Shown here in pieces: positions 44,376 through 63,223 of a DNA stretch of 64,000 nucleotides (position 1 is the stretch's first letter; the number at the start of each line of letters is the position of its first letter). Source of the stretch: the human T2T-CHM13v2.0 reference genome, Homo sapiens; assembly GCF_009914755.1 (NCBI RefSeq), contig NC_060940.1. One strand, 5' to 3'. The position numbers were made by a program, and so were the translations under genes. The notes under the pieces are model-generated. The model did not search any database. It saw only the letters and a program-made list of their open reading frames with translations, and was not told the origin of the DNA.

Positions 44376-45429
44376 GAAACACTATCTTATTATTGCACAG
44401 CTTTAATAATGTAAAATATTTACTCACAACTGCTTATAATATTGTCAATAATTTATGATATTTTGTCTGTAACTTGTTCCCCAGTCATTGGGCTACAGAC
44501 CACACTAGAAAATAACTGTCCACATAGTGGCTACAAACATTTAAATTTTAAAAAAAAGCTTCTTACCGACAGGTACTTGTACACACAAAGCATTCTCTCT
44601 TTCCCAATAGAACTTCACATTGCATTGAAATAATCCACTTATTTATAGTAAAACAAATCTTGCTTAAAAAAATTTACCTAGCCAGATTTATTCAGAAGTA
44701 GATAAACTTCATTTAAGGTTAGGGTTATTATATTGTCTGTTGCCCACATAATCTTAACATTATAAATACGTCAGAGGAAGACACTGTCATAATACACAGC
44801 ATTTGGACTACTAAACCACTTCTTTTAAGATGAAGAGTTCTAAAAACATAGTTCAAGTGTCTAATTCGAGCAAAACCAGCGAGTTTCAGTGGAATACTGC
44901 AGGAGACGCCCTTTCTCCCTCTAGGGATTACTGGGTTTTAGTAGAAAAGAAGTGAGGATTGCCTGGGCTCTTTCTGTTCCTGAGGCCGTTTTGCAATCAC
45001 CTTTTTTTTTCACTTAAAAGGTTGCAGAGTTCTCAAGAACAGTCAGACTCACTGTTGAAGGACGCGAGTCCCGTGTGTTGAGCTAGTTTAGACCATCTCC
45101 TTGTTCTCCTGGGTAACCTGGCGAATGGACGCTGCCTGCTATGCAGGCTGCTGAGGTGCGTTGTCCAGACTGACAATGGGAGGGCTATTTTGCGCTCTTT
45201 GCACCCCAGGGTACCCAGAGGGATGGTGCAGCAGCCAAAACTTCCTGGGATCTGGGAAAAGCCTCTGTTCTGAATGATGGAAATCTCATTGTTCTTTATG
45301 GGAAGCTCCTGGGGGTGAGCTGCAGCTTCCTGGTTCCAAATATTGGGGTCGCCATTCATTATTTGGGCTGTCAGATCCTTCCGGAATATTTCAGAGAACT
45401 TCAGGCCATCATCCCCTAGCAGAGCCATG

Positions 45430-46900
45430 GACTGTTCCACCGCGGCAGCTCGCCTTGGGGGAGGTTGTGAGGGTGGTTATTCCACATGTGAGTGCCAAGT
45501 GTACCTGGAGGTTGCCCTTAGTGGTGAAGGCCCTACCGCAGATGGCGCCGCTGAACGGCTTCTCCCCAGTGTGGGACCGGGCGCGGGCCTGCGGAGGGCC
45601 CTCCTCTCTGCTGAGGAACTGCAGGCTGAAAGGGGACCCTCCTTGCCCACCGGCGGAGGTGGCGGGGGCGGTGGTCAGGTCCGGGGCGCCTCGTGGCCAG
45701 GGACGGGCGGGCGGGCTGGCTGTCCAGCCTCTGGGTCCTGAGCGCTATTCCCTGGGCTCCTCCAGGTTGCCCAGGTCGGGGACTTGGGGCGGAAGCGCTT
45801 GCCCAGCACCAGGACAGGTTCTATGCCCCGGTCTTCCGCAGCGACAGGTTGGGCGCTGGCCCTTGCAGCGCTTCGCGGGGGCGGACAGCAACAGGAGACA
45901 TTGGCTGTGGCGCGATGCCGACCAGCAGGCGGGGAAGACACTGCTGTGAGAGCTGAGGCAGAAGAGGACTTGACAGGCTGGGCGCCGAGCTCACGAGGGG
46001 CCCTGGCTTCAACGCTGAGGCGCGGACGCCAAAAAGGCTGCGAGAGGCGAGACCCGCGATGTTGGCGGTAGGGTCGCGGGTCGGTTCCGCGCTGGGGGCG
46101 GCCAAGGATAGGAGTCGGGAAGAGCAGCTGGAGAGCCGGGGGCGCTGGAGCCGGCGCAGGCTGGGACAGGAACTGGGAGCCTGAGCCCGCGGGGTTGGCT
46201 GGGGCCCGAACGGAGAGCCGGAGCGCCCGGCGCAGGTTCAGCGGGGGCAGCTGGCTGGCCAGGGTGGACGCGCTCGGGACTGAGCGAGGGCGGCAGCCGC
46301 GGCGGTGCCTGAGGGCCCCGGGGCTGCGGATCTGCTGCATGAGCTGTCTCTGGGGGCCCTGCCTGCGCGGAGCCAGGAGCCGCTCCAGTCTCCCGGCACA
46401 GCCACCCCGCAGCCTGCCTCCAGGCTCCCTGTAGGAACCGCGCCGGCGCCACCTGGTGCTCAGCGACGTCTCCAGCTCCTGCGGTGCTGGGCGCTTGGGC
46501 CTCTGGCGGCGCCCAGGGCAGGTCCCCCATCCCCGACGTCTCTGCTTCTACAGGCTTGGCATCCTTCTCTGCGGGCCTCGCCTTGCCTTTCTAGCGGGCT
46601 CCTCAGAGACCACTCTCTTGGCTTGGTCTCTGGGCGAGCTGGTAGGAGAAGGTTCTGGAGTCCTCGGCGGGTGGGGCCCTAGGCTGTGTGCAGTGAGATC
46701 AGCAGGGGCGGGGTTCAGCGGCTCTTCTGCTCCAGGAAGTCCAGCTGCTGGAGCTCCGCACAGTTTCTCGCTGAAGTCGATCTCCGGCCAGCTGCTGCTC
46801 TCCACCTGCTGTCTGGGTCGTGGGGCTTCCCCCAGTGGCCTACTGGGGAGTCCCCACCGGGAGCAGCAGCTCCTCCTCCATCTTGAGGAGTGGGGCTTGG
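45430..46900. promoter_or_regulatory. CpG island formed by the SALL retrocopy
   Basis: High GC and abundant CpG embedded in AT-rich flanks. Confidence 0.7.
46009..46530 (-). CDS. Putative 173-aa Pro/Ala-rich ORF within the SALL retrocopy, mostly in non-ancestral frames
   Basis: ATG-initiated with good context (gggATGg); only VAPARFLQGA retains the SALL frame. GC-rich DNA produces such ORFs by chance. Confidence 0.25.
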   Translation of the reverse strand: MGDLPWAPPEAQAPSTAGAGDVAEHQVAPARFLQGAWRQAAGWLCRETGAAPGSAQAGPPETAHAADPQPRGPQAPPRLPPSLSPERVHPGQPAAPAEPAPGAPALRSGPSQPRGLRLPVPVPACAGSSAPGSPAALPDSYPWPPPARNRPATLPPTSRVSPLAAFLASAPQR

Positions 46901-48889
46901 CCTGCTTGCACCCAGACAGCCTGTCATTGGTGCCTCTCAACCATCTACACGCACACATATGCACACACAACAGCTCACTCTGTGACATGTGCATGCGTCA
47001 CACACACATACATATGTTCAGACACAAGCTGGTTGTCTGAAAGATTGAACAGCTCAGAAAACTACCAAGAAAAAAAAATAAACAGGGGACGTCTCTGAGT
47101 TAACAGAAGGGAAGATAAGAAATGAGGTTGCTAGAATTGTTTATGTAATAAATATAAATCAAAAGATATATATTTTAATACATCCAATATTATAGCAAAA
47201 TTCTACCTTATGCTCCAGCATCCCTGCCTTCAGACCATCATTCAGAGCATGGTGACTCTCCGTTTATGCTGAATTCCAATGATACGGGAAATTTCTCATT
47301 CAAGGCAAATTGGAAGCAGCGATCACATATCTCTACCTTTATTAAATAGTCACACTGTCAGGAGATTGACCTTCACTAAAGATGGAACTATTTTATATTA
47401 GAATATGGTATACTTCTGACATGATTTTAGTGTATAATGTTTAAGAAGCAAAGAAAAATAAACCAACAGTTACAATTCTTTAAATCTGATTACTTCAAAA
47501 AATATACGTATTCATCCTGGAAAATTCACTTGTATGAGTTTCCCCAAAATGCTGAATATGTGAGACATCGCTTCATTTAATTCTCCTTCTTTCTCTATGT
47601 AATATATTTTAGAATTCTAGCTGTTAATTTATTACTGTTTTATGTTTTTCAAATTACAAAGAGCTATCCGTAACCGGTATTTCAGAGTATTCCCGGAAAG
47701 ACTACAAAGCCATCACTAATCTTTTAAAAAAACAATGACTCACTAACAGACGGCATTTTGACATTCATGTTGCTCTATGGTAAATACTTTAAAGACACAT
47801 TTCTGGGCATCTCATTATCCTTGTGGATAAATAGTTCCAATTTTTACTTGAATTACTCCACTTCATCAAAAAGTGAAAGATAAATTAGGAAAATTATTTC
47901 ATTTTAAGAAGCATACTGTCAATAATATTAATTAGAAAAAGAGTCAATCAAAGGTTAAAGAGATTACTTGTACTTTTAACAAATAAAATCATTTGTGCTT
48001 TATGCAAGTTTGTTCATACAGAAAAATCGGAACAATATCTGTTAGGGAAGATGATGATAATGCCAGTACTCATGATGACACACAGCAATGGTGAGAAGCA
48101 ACTGAAACCAGAAGAAGACTGGAAAAAGGGCGAGGGGACACCACTCCTTAGTTTACACTTGGAAGTAGAAGCTTATTTGCTGAGGGTTTATCCTAAACTC
48201 ATCATCCTAAGATTTTTGTTTCTATAAATTGAAATATAATAAATATAATGAATTGGTTCTGAACACCCATTAGAACAATCACACTAAATAATTAATATAA
48301 TTTTTAAGAAAAATGGGATAAGTGAAAAATATGTGAAGGCAGTTTAAAGAGAAATATGACAGTCTTATTAAACAACATACTTATTTTATAAAGTGTTATA
48401 AAATGTTCATCTTAACTTGTAGTATTTCTGTACACTTTTGCTTGACATATGTTGTTAAGTCAATATGTGAATCACAAAATACATAAAATCTCCTTTCTCT
48501 TAATGCTTTTATATTGACATGAGTTTATTGTGCTATAGGATGAATGTTTATGCCCTTCCCCCAAAATTCATATGTTGAAACCTAACGCCCAGTGTGATGG
48601 CATTTGGAGGTGGGGTATTTGGTAGGTGATTAAGTAGTGAGGGTGGAGCTATAAGAGTTTATAACAGATTTCCCTAAAATTTAATAGCTTGGTTAAATAA
48701 TTTTATTGTCTGTCATGGTTTCTATGGGTCAGAAATTTGAGAGCAACTTGGCTGTAGAGTTATGGCTTGAGATCTCTCATGAGTTTTAAATCAGGTATTA
48801 TGGACCCCCTCCACAGGTCTGCTTGACTATCCTGCTTGAATTTTCCACAGAACTAGGGACCCAACACTCTTAGTCAATTTTTTGAAATA

Positions 48890-49120
48890 GTTTTAGTAGG
48901 AATCTTACTAGGTCTTCTTTATACAACTGGTAAAATTTGATTATGAATTCATCTGGTCTTGGGCTTTTTCTAGTTGGTAGGCTTTTTATTACTGATTCAA
49001 TATCACAACTCATTGTAAGTCTGTTAAGGAATTCAATTTCTTCCTAGTTCAATCTTGGGAGGTTGTCAGTTTGCAGGAAATTTATTCAATTCTTCTATAT
49101 TTTCTAGTTTGTGTTTGCAT

Positions 49121-49159
<39 letters not shown>

Positions 49160-50190
49160 AAATCTCAGAAGTTTTGTATTACTGTGGGGTAGGTAGTAAT
49201 GTCCCCTTTGTCATTTCTTATTGTGTTTATTTAGATCTTCTCTTTTGAATCTTTTGGATTTTTTCATTGGTCTAACTAGCAGTCTATTAATCTTATTTAT
49301 TCTTTCAAATTATTTCCCATTATTTTCAAAGATTTTCTAGATTTATTCCTTAATCTTATTCTTTACCCTAAAGTCATTCAGGAGCAGGTTGTTTAATTTC
49401 CATGTAATGGTATTGTTTTTAGAGATTTTCTTAGTATTCATCTCTATTTTTATTGCACTATGTTTTCAAAATGTGTTTGGTATGCTTTTGGTTTCTAAAA
49501 ATTTGCTAAGGATTGTTTTATGACTGAATGTCTGTTCAATTTTAGATTATGTGCCATGTGCAGATGAGAAGAAGGTATATTCTGTTATTTTGGGGTGGGG
49601 AGCTCTCTAGAAGTCTATTAGGACCATTAGGTAGGTGTTAAGGTCCCAAATATCTTTGTTAGCTTTCTTTCTGGATGATCTAATATTGTCAATGGGGTAT
49701 TGAAGTCCCCCACTATTTTTGTGTGATTATCTAAGTCTCTTCATAAGGCTGTAAGATCTTGCTTTATAAATCTGGGTTCTCCTGTATTGGGTGCATATAT
49801 ATTAAGGATAGGTTTTTTTTCATTATGTAATTTCCTTGACTTTTTTGTTCTTTGTTGGTTTGAAGTCTGTTCTGACTGAAATTTGAATAGCAACCCCTGC
49901 TTTATTAGTTTTCCTTTTGCTTGGTAGATTTTTCTCCATCCCTTTATTTCAAGCCTATGGATGTTATTGCATTTGAGATGGGTCTCTTGAAGTTATAGTT
50001 GGATCTTGCTTCTTTACCCAAGTTGCTACTCTGCCTTTTAACTGGGGGGCATTTAGCCTGTTTATATAAGTTTAATGTTGATATGTGTGGATTTGATGCT
50101 GCCATTTTGTTGTTAGGTGGTTATTATGCAGACTTCATTGTGTGGTTGCTTTATACTCTCAATAGTCTATGTATATGAGTGTTGTGTGTG
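48890..50190 (-). mobile_element. L1 ORF2 fragment (L1PB/L1M-type) containing a (TG)n tract at about 49124-49157
   Basis: Reverse L1 motifs (aagtcattcaggagcaggttgtttaatttccatgta, gatgagaagaa.gtatattctg). Confidence 0.8.
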
Positions 50191-50214
50191 TGTTTGGTTT
50201 TTGTGTGTGTGTGT

Positions 50215-50342
50215 ATTTTTAGTATAAACAGGTTTTCACCACATTGGCCAGGCTGGTCTCGAACTCCTGACCTTGTGATCTGCCTGACTTGGCCTCCCAA
50301 AGTGCTGTTGGGATTTCAGGCATGAGCCGCCATGCCCAGCCG
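50215..50342 (-). mobile_element. Alu left-arm fragment
   Basis: gtatttttagta...ggctggtctcgaactcctgacc... Confidence 0.75.
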
Positions 50343-51100
50343 CATGACCACATTTTAAGAGGTGTATTTACAAACATGTACAGAAAAAAGAAGGAAGTTG
50401 TTAACAGTGGTTATCTCTGGCTGGTAGAACTACATGTGACTTTTAAAAAATACATGTTTTAAGTTTTCTAAAATGAACACATATCATTTACTAAAAAAAA
50501 GGTAAAGGAAAAAACTCAGTGGTATATGTATCAGTATATATGTAATGCTTTCTGCTTGGATACTGTTATGAAAACCTGAAATATCTTGAAATATGATAAC
50601 AGGTTTCTCATGTATCACATAAACTCCAATGAAAACTTCAGCTTCCAGCTCCTTGTTAACTACCATAATATGTACATGAAACCTATTCACAGAACTCTGG
50701 AGGTTAATGCTTTACTTTGAAGGAAAAAAAAATCATTCTACAACTTAACAGGAAAAGGATATCCTCTCTGTAGTTTGAAAGGAAACTGGAGATAGAGCTT
50801 TATAAAAAATGCATTAGTTGCTAACCAAGAAGAAACCCATCTGAGGTGTAAGTGCATTTCACACATCAGTTCAAAAAACAATACTGCCAAGGCCTTTGGA
50901 ATTTGGAGAGAAAGACTACCTAAGAAAAATAAAATATGGGGTGGGTTGTTGTAAACAAATAAGTCCAAGAACCTGATGAGTTCAGGCCACAATTGTGCTC
51001 TCATATGCTTCTTCCTGATCTATGCAGTTTTACACAGACCTGGCAGGTGATGTGCTTTGGAGAAACAGATTTGTGACTCTCAAGCCATGTGTAGTGCTGA

Positions 51101-51508
<408 letters not shown>

Positions 51509-51535
51509 TGAACTCAGGGCATCCTCAAAACCACC

Positions 51536-51579
51536 TGTATTAGTCAGGGTTCTCTAGAGGGACAGAACTAATAGAATGG

Positions 51580-51633
<54 letters not shown>

Positions 51634-52021
51634 GAGTTTATTAAGTATAAACTCACACATGATCACAAGGTCCCACAATAGGCCATCTGCAAGCTGAGGA
51701 GCAAGGAAGGCCATTTCGAGTCTCAAAACTGAAGAACTTGGAGTCTGATGGTCAAGGGCAAGAAGCATCCAGCATGGGAGAAAGATGTAGGCTGGGAGGC
51801 TAAGCCAGTCTAGCCTTTTCACATCTTTCTGCCTGCTTTATATTCTGGCTATGCTGGCAGCTGATTAGGTGGTGCCCACCCAGATTAGGGGTGGGTCTGC
51901 CTTTCCCAGCCCCTGGACTCAAATGTTAATCTCCTTTGGCAGCACCCTCACAGACACACTCAGGATCAATACTTTGCATCCTTCAGTCCAATCAAGTTGA
52001 CACTCAATGTTAACCATCACA
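51536..52021. mobile_element. MLT2A-type solo LTR (HERV-L) with an internal (TA)/(TG) microsatellite
   Basis: Ends tgtattagtcagggttctctagagggacagaactaata and ...taaccatcaca; flanks ccacc/ccatc. Confidence 0.85.
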
Positions 52022-52088
52022 CCATCCTATGAAGTAGATACCACTGCTGTCCCCACTTAACAGATGAAAGAGGTGAGGCACCTTGTTC

Positions 52089-52148
52089 TAGCTCACATAA
52101 CTAAGAAGGAGCTTTTTAGCTCACATAACTAAGAAGGAGTTTTTTAGC
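52089..52148. repeat. 2 x 28 bp tandem duplication (tagctcacataactaagaaggag.tttt)
   Basis: Seen directly. Confidence 0.85.
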
Positions 52149-52329
52149 CAGGATTGAACCTAGGGAGTATGATTCCAACTCACATTCTTAGCATCTGTTT
52201 TGCCTGTCAAGTAGCCTTATTAGTGGAGAGAAGCACCAGAATAACCCCAGGGGGGACCTAGCCCATGTGATTTGCTTTTACAGTTTATACTTCAGTTTGC
52301 ACAAAAGCATTGAACCAGGAATGATAGCA

Positions 52330-52570
52330 CATGTTGATTAAATGGTTCTTATGAGCCAGGCATTGCCTTAAGTATTTTACAGATAACAATTGCATTATCC
52401 ATTATAAGCCTAGGAGTACTATTATCCCCATCCCCACTTCACAGGTGAGAAGACTGAGTTACAGAGAGTTTAAGTAACTTGCCCAAAGTCACATAGTTAA
52501 CAAGTAGCAGAGCCAGGATCCAACCCCAGGCCTTCTGATCTAGAGCTTGTACTGCTGATCTCTATGCTGT
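52330..52570. mobile_element. MIR
   Basis: acaggtgagaagactgag...aagtaacttgcccaaagtcaca MIR core. Confidence 0.75.
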
Positions 52571-52736
52571 GGGATGTACTTCTAGGGAAATGTGTTGTAT
52601 ACTGGTTCTATGTCAAGCCTTGTTTAAAGTGTGTTATTTGGATCATCTCATTGGAAATGTCCCTAACACACTGCCAGAAAGCAGCTGGGAAGTAGTTTCT
52701 TCAACCTAACAGCTGGTTCTCTATTAAAATGTTACC

Positions 52737-53388
<652 letters not shown>

Positions 53389-53607
53389 TAATAAAGCTCT
53401 AGTGCCTTTTTTTCCTTCATCCCCACCCCCGACCCCCTACCCTCTCCATCATCCATCCATCCACCAAAAGAATTAGGAGAAATTGAAATGGCAGTCAAAC
53501 TATCCCCAGCATGGTGAAAGCCACCAAAATCACTGGGAGCCCCCACTTTACTGGAGAGACATTTGCTGCAGGTGGCTGAGGGATCAGGAAAGAGGTGAGG
53601 CTCTTGA

Positions 53608-53792
53608 ACGGTGCTCCTCGAAATGGGATTCCCTAGACCAGCAACATCAGCGTCACCTGGAAACATACTAGAAATGTAGCGTCTCCAGCCCCAGCCCAGA
53701 CCACGAGCTCAGAGGCTCTGGGAGCAGGGCTGGTGTGTTTCATGATGCCCTCTAGGTGATCCTGGTGCACATTCAAGTTTGGGAACGACAGC
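53608..53792. mobile_element. MER5A-type relic
   Basis: agaccagcaacatcagcgtcacctggaaac...caagtttgggaac. Confidence 0.55.
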
Positions 53793-54794
53793 CCAAGGAG
53801 ATGTGGAAGACAGGGTGAGGCCCCAAGCTCAGAGCCCTGAGTGGGATACGAGTAACTTGGAAGTAGTAATAATTAGGTGGGAACTCTCTCCCTCAGTGAA
53901 TTGGAGCAAATTCAGTTTTCCTTGTAAAGGCTTCACTGTCCCTTTCCTTCTGATGGAAGCATCTAGGTGGCATGACAGAAGCATCTGGAAGGGCCAGTCC
54001 TCCAGGTGAACCTCTGGAGGTAGGTCAAGTCTAGGAGCACAGACAGTTGGTGTTGCTGTTGGGAAAAGTTTAATACTCGGTCCCCTCTTTTATAGCTGTT
54101 GGAATTGAGGCCCACTAAGGGCAAGGAAGAGGCAGAGCCAGGACCCAACACCGGAACCTCTGACCACATAATCTGCCTGTCAGCACCTTTCCCCAAATCT
54201 TTTTTGGGCCCAGTTGTGTGTTCCTTGGACTTCGCTCTCTCCTCCCCTTGTGTGCATGCTCTGGAGTGTACGTGCCCACCTAACTCTGCTGGGCTTGACC
54301 TTCACTCTGCCCTGCAGAACCACCCTGAGTCCCACAAACATGATGTTCTGGAAGGCCTCAGTTCCCCCTCGGTTCCTTAGCAGCTCTGGCAGGTGCTCAG
54401 GGGAGACAGAGGCACCGAGGGGAGGCAGAAGCGCCAAGGGGAGGTGGATCAGATGAATTTGGAAAGTTCTCCTGAAGAAGAGAGTAGGGAAGAGGAGCAT
54501 GGCTTGGCAGAGAAATGTGGAAAGGCAAGACATTTGAGAAGACATAGAGGTGAAACCCACTGATACTTAGAGAGGCTATTTCTTAATGCAAAGGAAAAGT
54601 ACTAGTAATATAAAAACAAAACTTTCACTAAAGCATATGGGCTATATGATCCCACTTTATTTTCCAAAGATGTATAGATTTACACAAGAGTCTGGAAATC
54701 TACGTCAAAACATTTGCAGTGATTATCTCTGGATGCTGCAATTGCAATTTCTGTTTCATTTTTTTCTTATTTTCTGCATTAAGCATTCATTAAA

Positions 54795-59120
<4,326 letters not shown>

Positions 59121-59759
59121 TTTGCATTTATCTGATCTGAACATATTTCTCTGTGCTTATTGCAAAATAGGATTTTTATCTCTGTCTTGCTTAATAGGGT
59201 ACTGATCCTCCAAAAGCTTACGTGCCTTCCCAAAAATCATGTAGTAAAAATAGAATAATTGTTGAAATGCAGGCTCTGGAGCCCAAATCCTGGCTTTTCT
59301 ACTTATTAGCTGTGATGCTCAGGCCTCGGTTACCTCATCTGTAAAATGGGAGCAACCATAACTGCCTAAAAATGTGTTGTGAGATTCAGAAATAAAATAC
59401 GTCAAATTACCACCACTACCTGACCCTTAAGAGAATCACTCTATAAATGACAGCATGATTATCATCTTCAGACAAGAAAGGGTGAGGGCTGCATGATGTG
59501 AGGTGGATTCTCCTGACCATTGCTGCCTGTGCATGTTGGTGGACTGGCTTCTCCCTTTGCTGAATGTTTTTCCCACAGATATTAGATAAAATGTAGAGTT
59601 GTCATTCAGGGAGGGAGACAGACAAATGGGAAATCTGTATCTCTCTTGATCCCAGATTAGTTGTTTAGAGAGCCCAAATAATCTGCTGTGGTGGTACCTG
59701 AGAGCTGGAATCAGAAGAAAAAACAAAAAAGAGCTCTTATTTTTTGGAATGATCTTTGT

Positions 59760-60435
<676 letters not shown>

Positions 60436-60556
60436 AGAATCCCAATGGGCTCCTTCTAGCCAAAGGTCATTGGTCCAACTTTAGTTTTCTGTGCTATAAT
60501 ATGACACAGTGATGTGGGAAAAAAAGAATAATAATATTATTATAATTATTACCATG

Positions 60557-60853
<297 letters not shown>

Positions 60854-61617
60854 TTAATTAATTTTTTAAAAAAATTATTATGGAATTTGGAAAGATTGGG
60901 GCACTTGCAATTCAATTCAGGTAGGTCTTCTGATCTTGGAATTCACAAGTTATCAAGCCAAATGCTGCAGCTACCCAGGAAAGATGCAAAAAGTGAAACC
61001 TCTGCATGTTTCCTCACCCTGCCTCCTAACCAGCCCCTCCATCCCGCCAGTTCCATGCGGGGTCGTAGGGAGGCAATATCCCTTCTTAGAACTGAGAGAG
61101 AGCACATGCTAAGGAGGTCTGAGACTTACTCTCTTTTTTTCAACGAATTTAATTCTTTTCCAAAGATAAAATATAAACATGCAAAGATTCTCTGTAACAA
61201 TGATGATATATGAGCTACCATTTATTAGATTCTTAACCCTGGGAGGGCCCACACAGATCTCTCAGCATGTGTTATTCCATTTAATACTTACAGAAAACCC
61301 TGAGTTCACAACCGATGCTAGAGATGGAGAAAATGAGGACCAGAGGCAAATAACTCGAGTATTATAACATTGCCCAAAAACTGAAATTCTTAACCATCCA
61401 TTGTGACATCTAAAAACCCGGCCTCCTTCCTTTCTGCTGAGTTTATCTTGCTCTACACCTGAATAATAGTTTCAATAAACTCCACCAGGTGTCATCTACA
61501 TATTTTTTCACAAATATGTCAAGATACAGTTTATTATCCTCTGAATGCTAACAAATTCTGGAGACGCAAAACCTACAGGGTGTGTATAAATAATTTGACT
61601 CAGCGGTGTAAATATGA

Positions 61618-61930
<313 letters not shown>

Positions 61931-62325
61931 AATGCTATTTAAACAAATGAACAACCTGGTTTCTCTAAGTTGTTGTGTTACTTCTTCTCTCTTGGATTTT
62001 TTATTGGCTCTCTGATGCCAATAGGAATCTGTTCTAAAACTGATTAGCCCTGAGAAAGACTCTGTAATCACATAAATCTGAAGTTAGGCATGCTTTCAAT
62101 TTTTGTTTAGAAGAGAGATTTTTTTTTCCAAACAGGACGTGTTTCCCAAAGAAACATTAGTGTCTTTTATATTCTAAAACATGTCTGCTTCTGCGATTTC
62201 AAAGGACAGTAGGTCCAATTCTGCTTGTAACTGGCCAATTTCAGTTACTGTGAAAGACCGGTGGAGGAAGTGGTTTGTGAATAAGGTTTGAATAAAGCAT
62301 ATTATTAGACCTCAAGGAGAATCAC

Positions 62326-63202
62326 TAGATTCTAACGTAGTTTTTCTTGCATTGCATTAATAAAGCAACGTTGTTATGAAGGTACGGCAATCTTGTCTTC
62401 TCTTGTTGGTTTGAAAGCTTGTTTTTTGTTGTTGTTGATCGGCCTTTGGATGGTCTACCCTAAGGACTAATTCATTTGGTTCTGCAATGCGTCATCGCTA
62501 CGACCATGCCTTAAGTCTCAGAACACCTAGGGAGATAAATAGAAGTTATTTTTGTTATCTGGGCTTTATCAATACATTTCAGCTTGGAAAGATTATATGA
62601 CTTGCCCTAAGTCCCACATTCAGCCACAGGGAAGGCTGAGCACAGTTCTAGGCTAAACCTTAACATACTGAAGACAGGAGGAATCTGGGGGATCCCAGGC
62701 TCATCTCTTACTTTACTGCTGATGTCAAAGACAATCAATAGAGGCCCAGCACAGTGGCTGACACCTGTAATCCCAACACTTTGGAAGGCTAAGGCAGGTC
62801 AATCACTTGAGGCCAGGAGTTCGAGAGCAGCCTGGCCAACATGGTGAAACCCCATCTCTACTAAAAATACAAAAATCAGCTGGGCATGACACCTACTCAG
62901 GAGGCTGAGGCACAAGAATGACTTGAACCCAGGAGGTGGAGGTTGCATGAGTCAAGATCGTACCACTGCACTCCAGCCTGGGTGACAGAACAAGACTCTC
63001 TCAAAAAAAAAAAAAAAAGAGAGAGAGAGAGTGAGAATCAATAGATTCTAATGTAGTTTCCCTTACATTGCATCAATAAAGCAACATCATTATGAAGGCA
63101 CTGCAATCTTGTCTTCTCTTGTTGGTCTGAAAGCTTGTTTGTTGTTGTTGTTGATCAGCCTTTGGATGGTCTGCCTTAAGGACTAATTTGCTTGGTTCTG
63201 CA
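62326..63202 (+). repeat. Diverged direct repeat of about 160 bp (62326-62486 and 63042-63202)
   Basis: tagattctaa.gtagttt...aataaagcaac...gcaatcttgtcttctcttgttgg...taaggactaatt...ttggttctgca occurs twice. Confidence 0.9.
62743..63035 (+). mobile_element. Alu SINE with an A/(GA)n tail
   Basis: Dimer; TSD aatcaataga. Confidence 0.88.
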
Positions 63203-63223
63203 GAAGCCAGTAGGGTCAGAGGC

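Larger units (their letters stand above)
45033..46930 (-). pseudogene. Processed (retrotransposed), internally deleted pseudogene of a Spalt-like gene, best resembling SALL3
   Basis: Collinear homology across several frames: LSGCKQAKP (MSRRKQAKP; ATG>CTG at 46919), PEPSPTSSP, ARFLQGA (AQFSQGA), [92 protein letters not shown]. Multiple frameshifts and stops; no introns at the expected junctions (about 46839 and 45504/45505). Confidence 0.88.
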
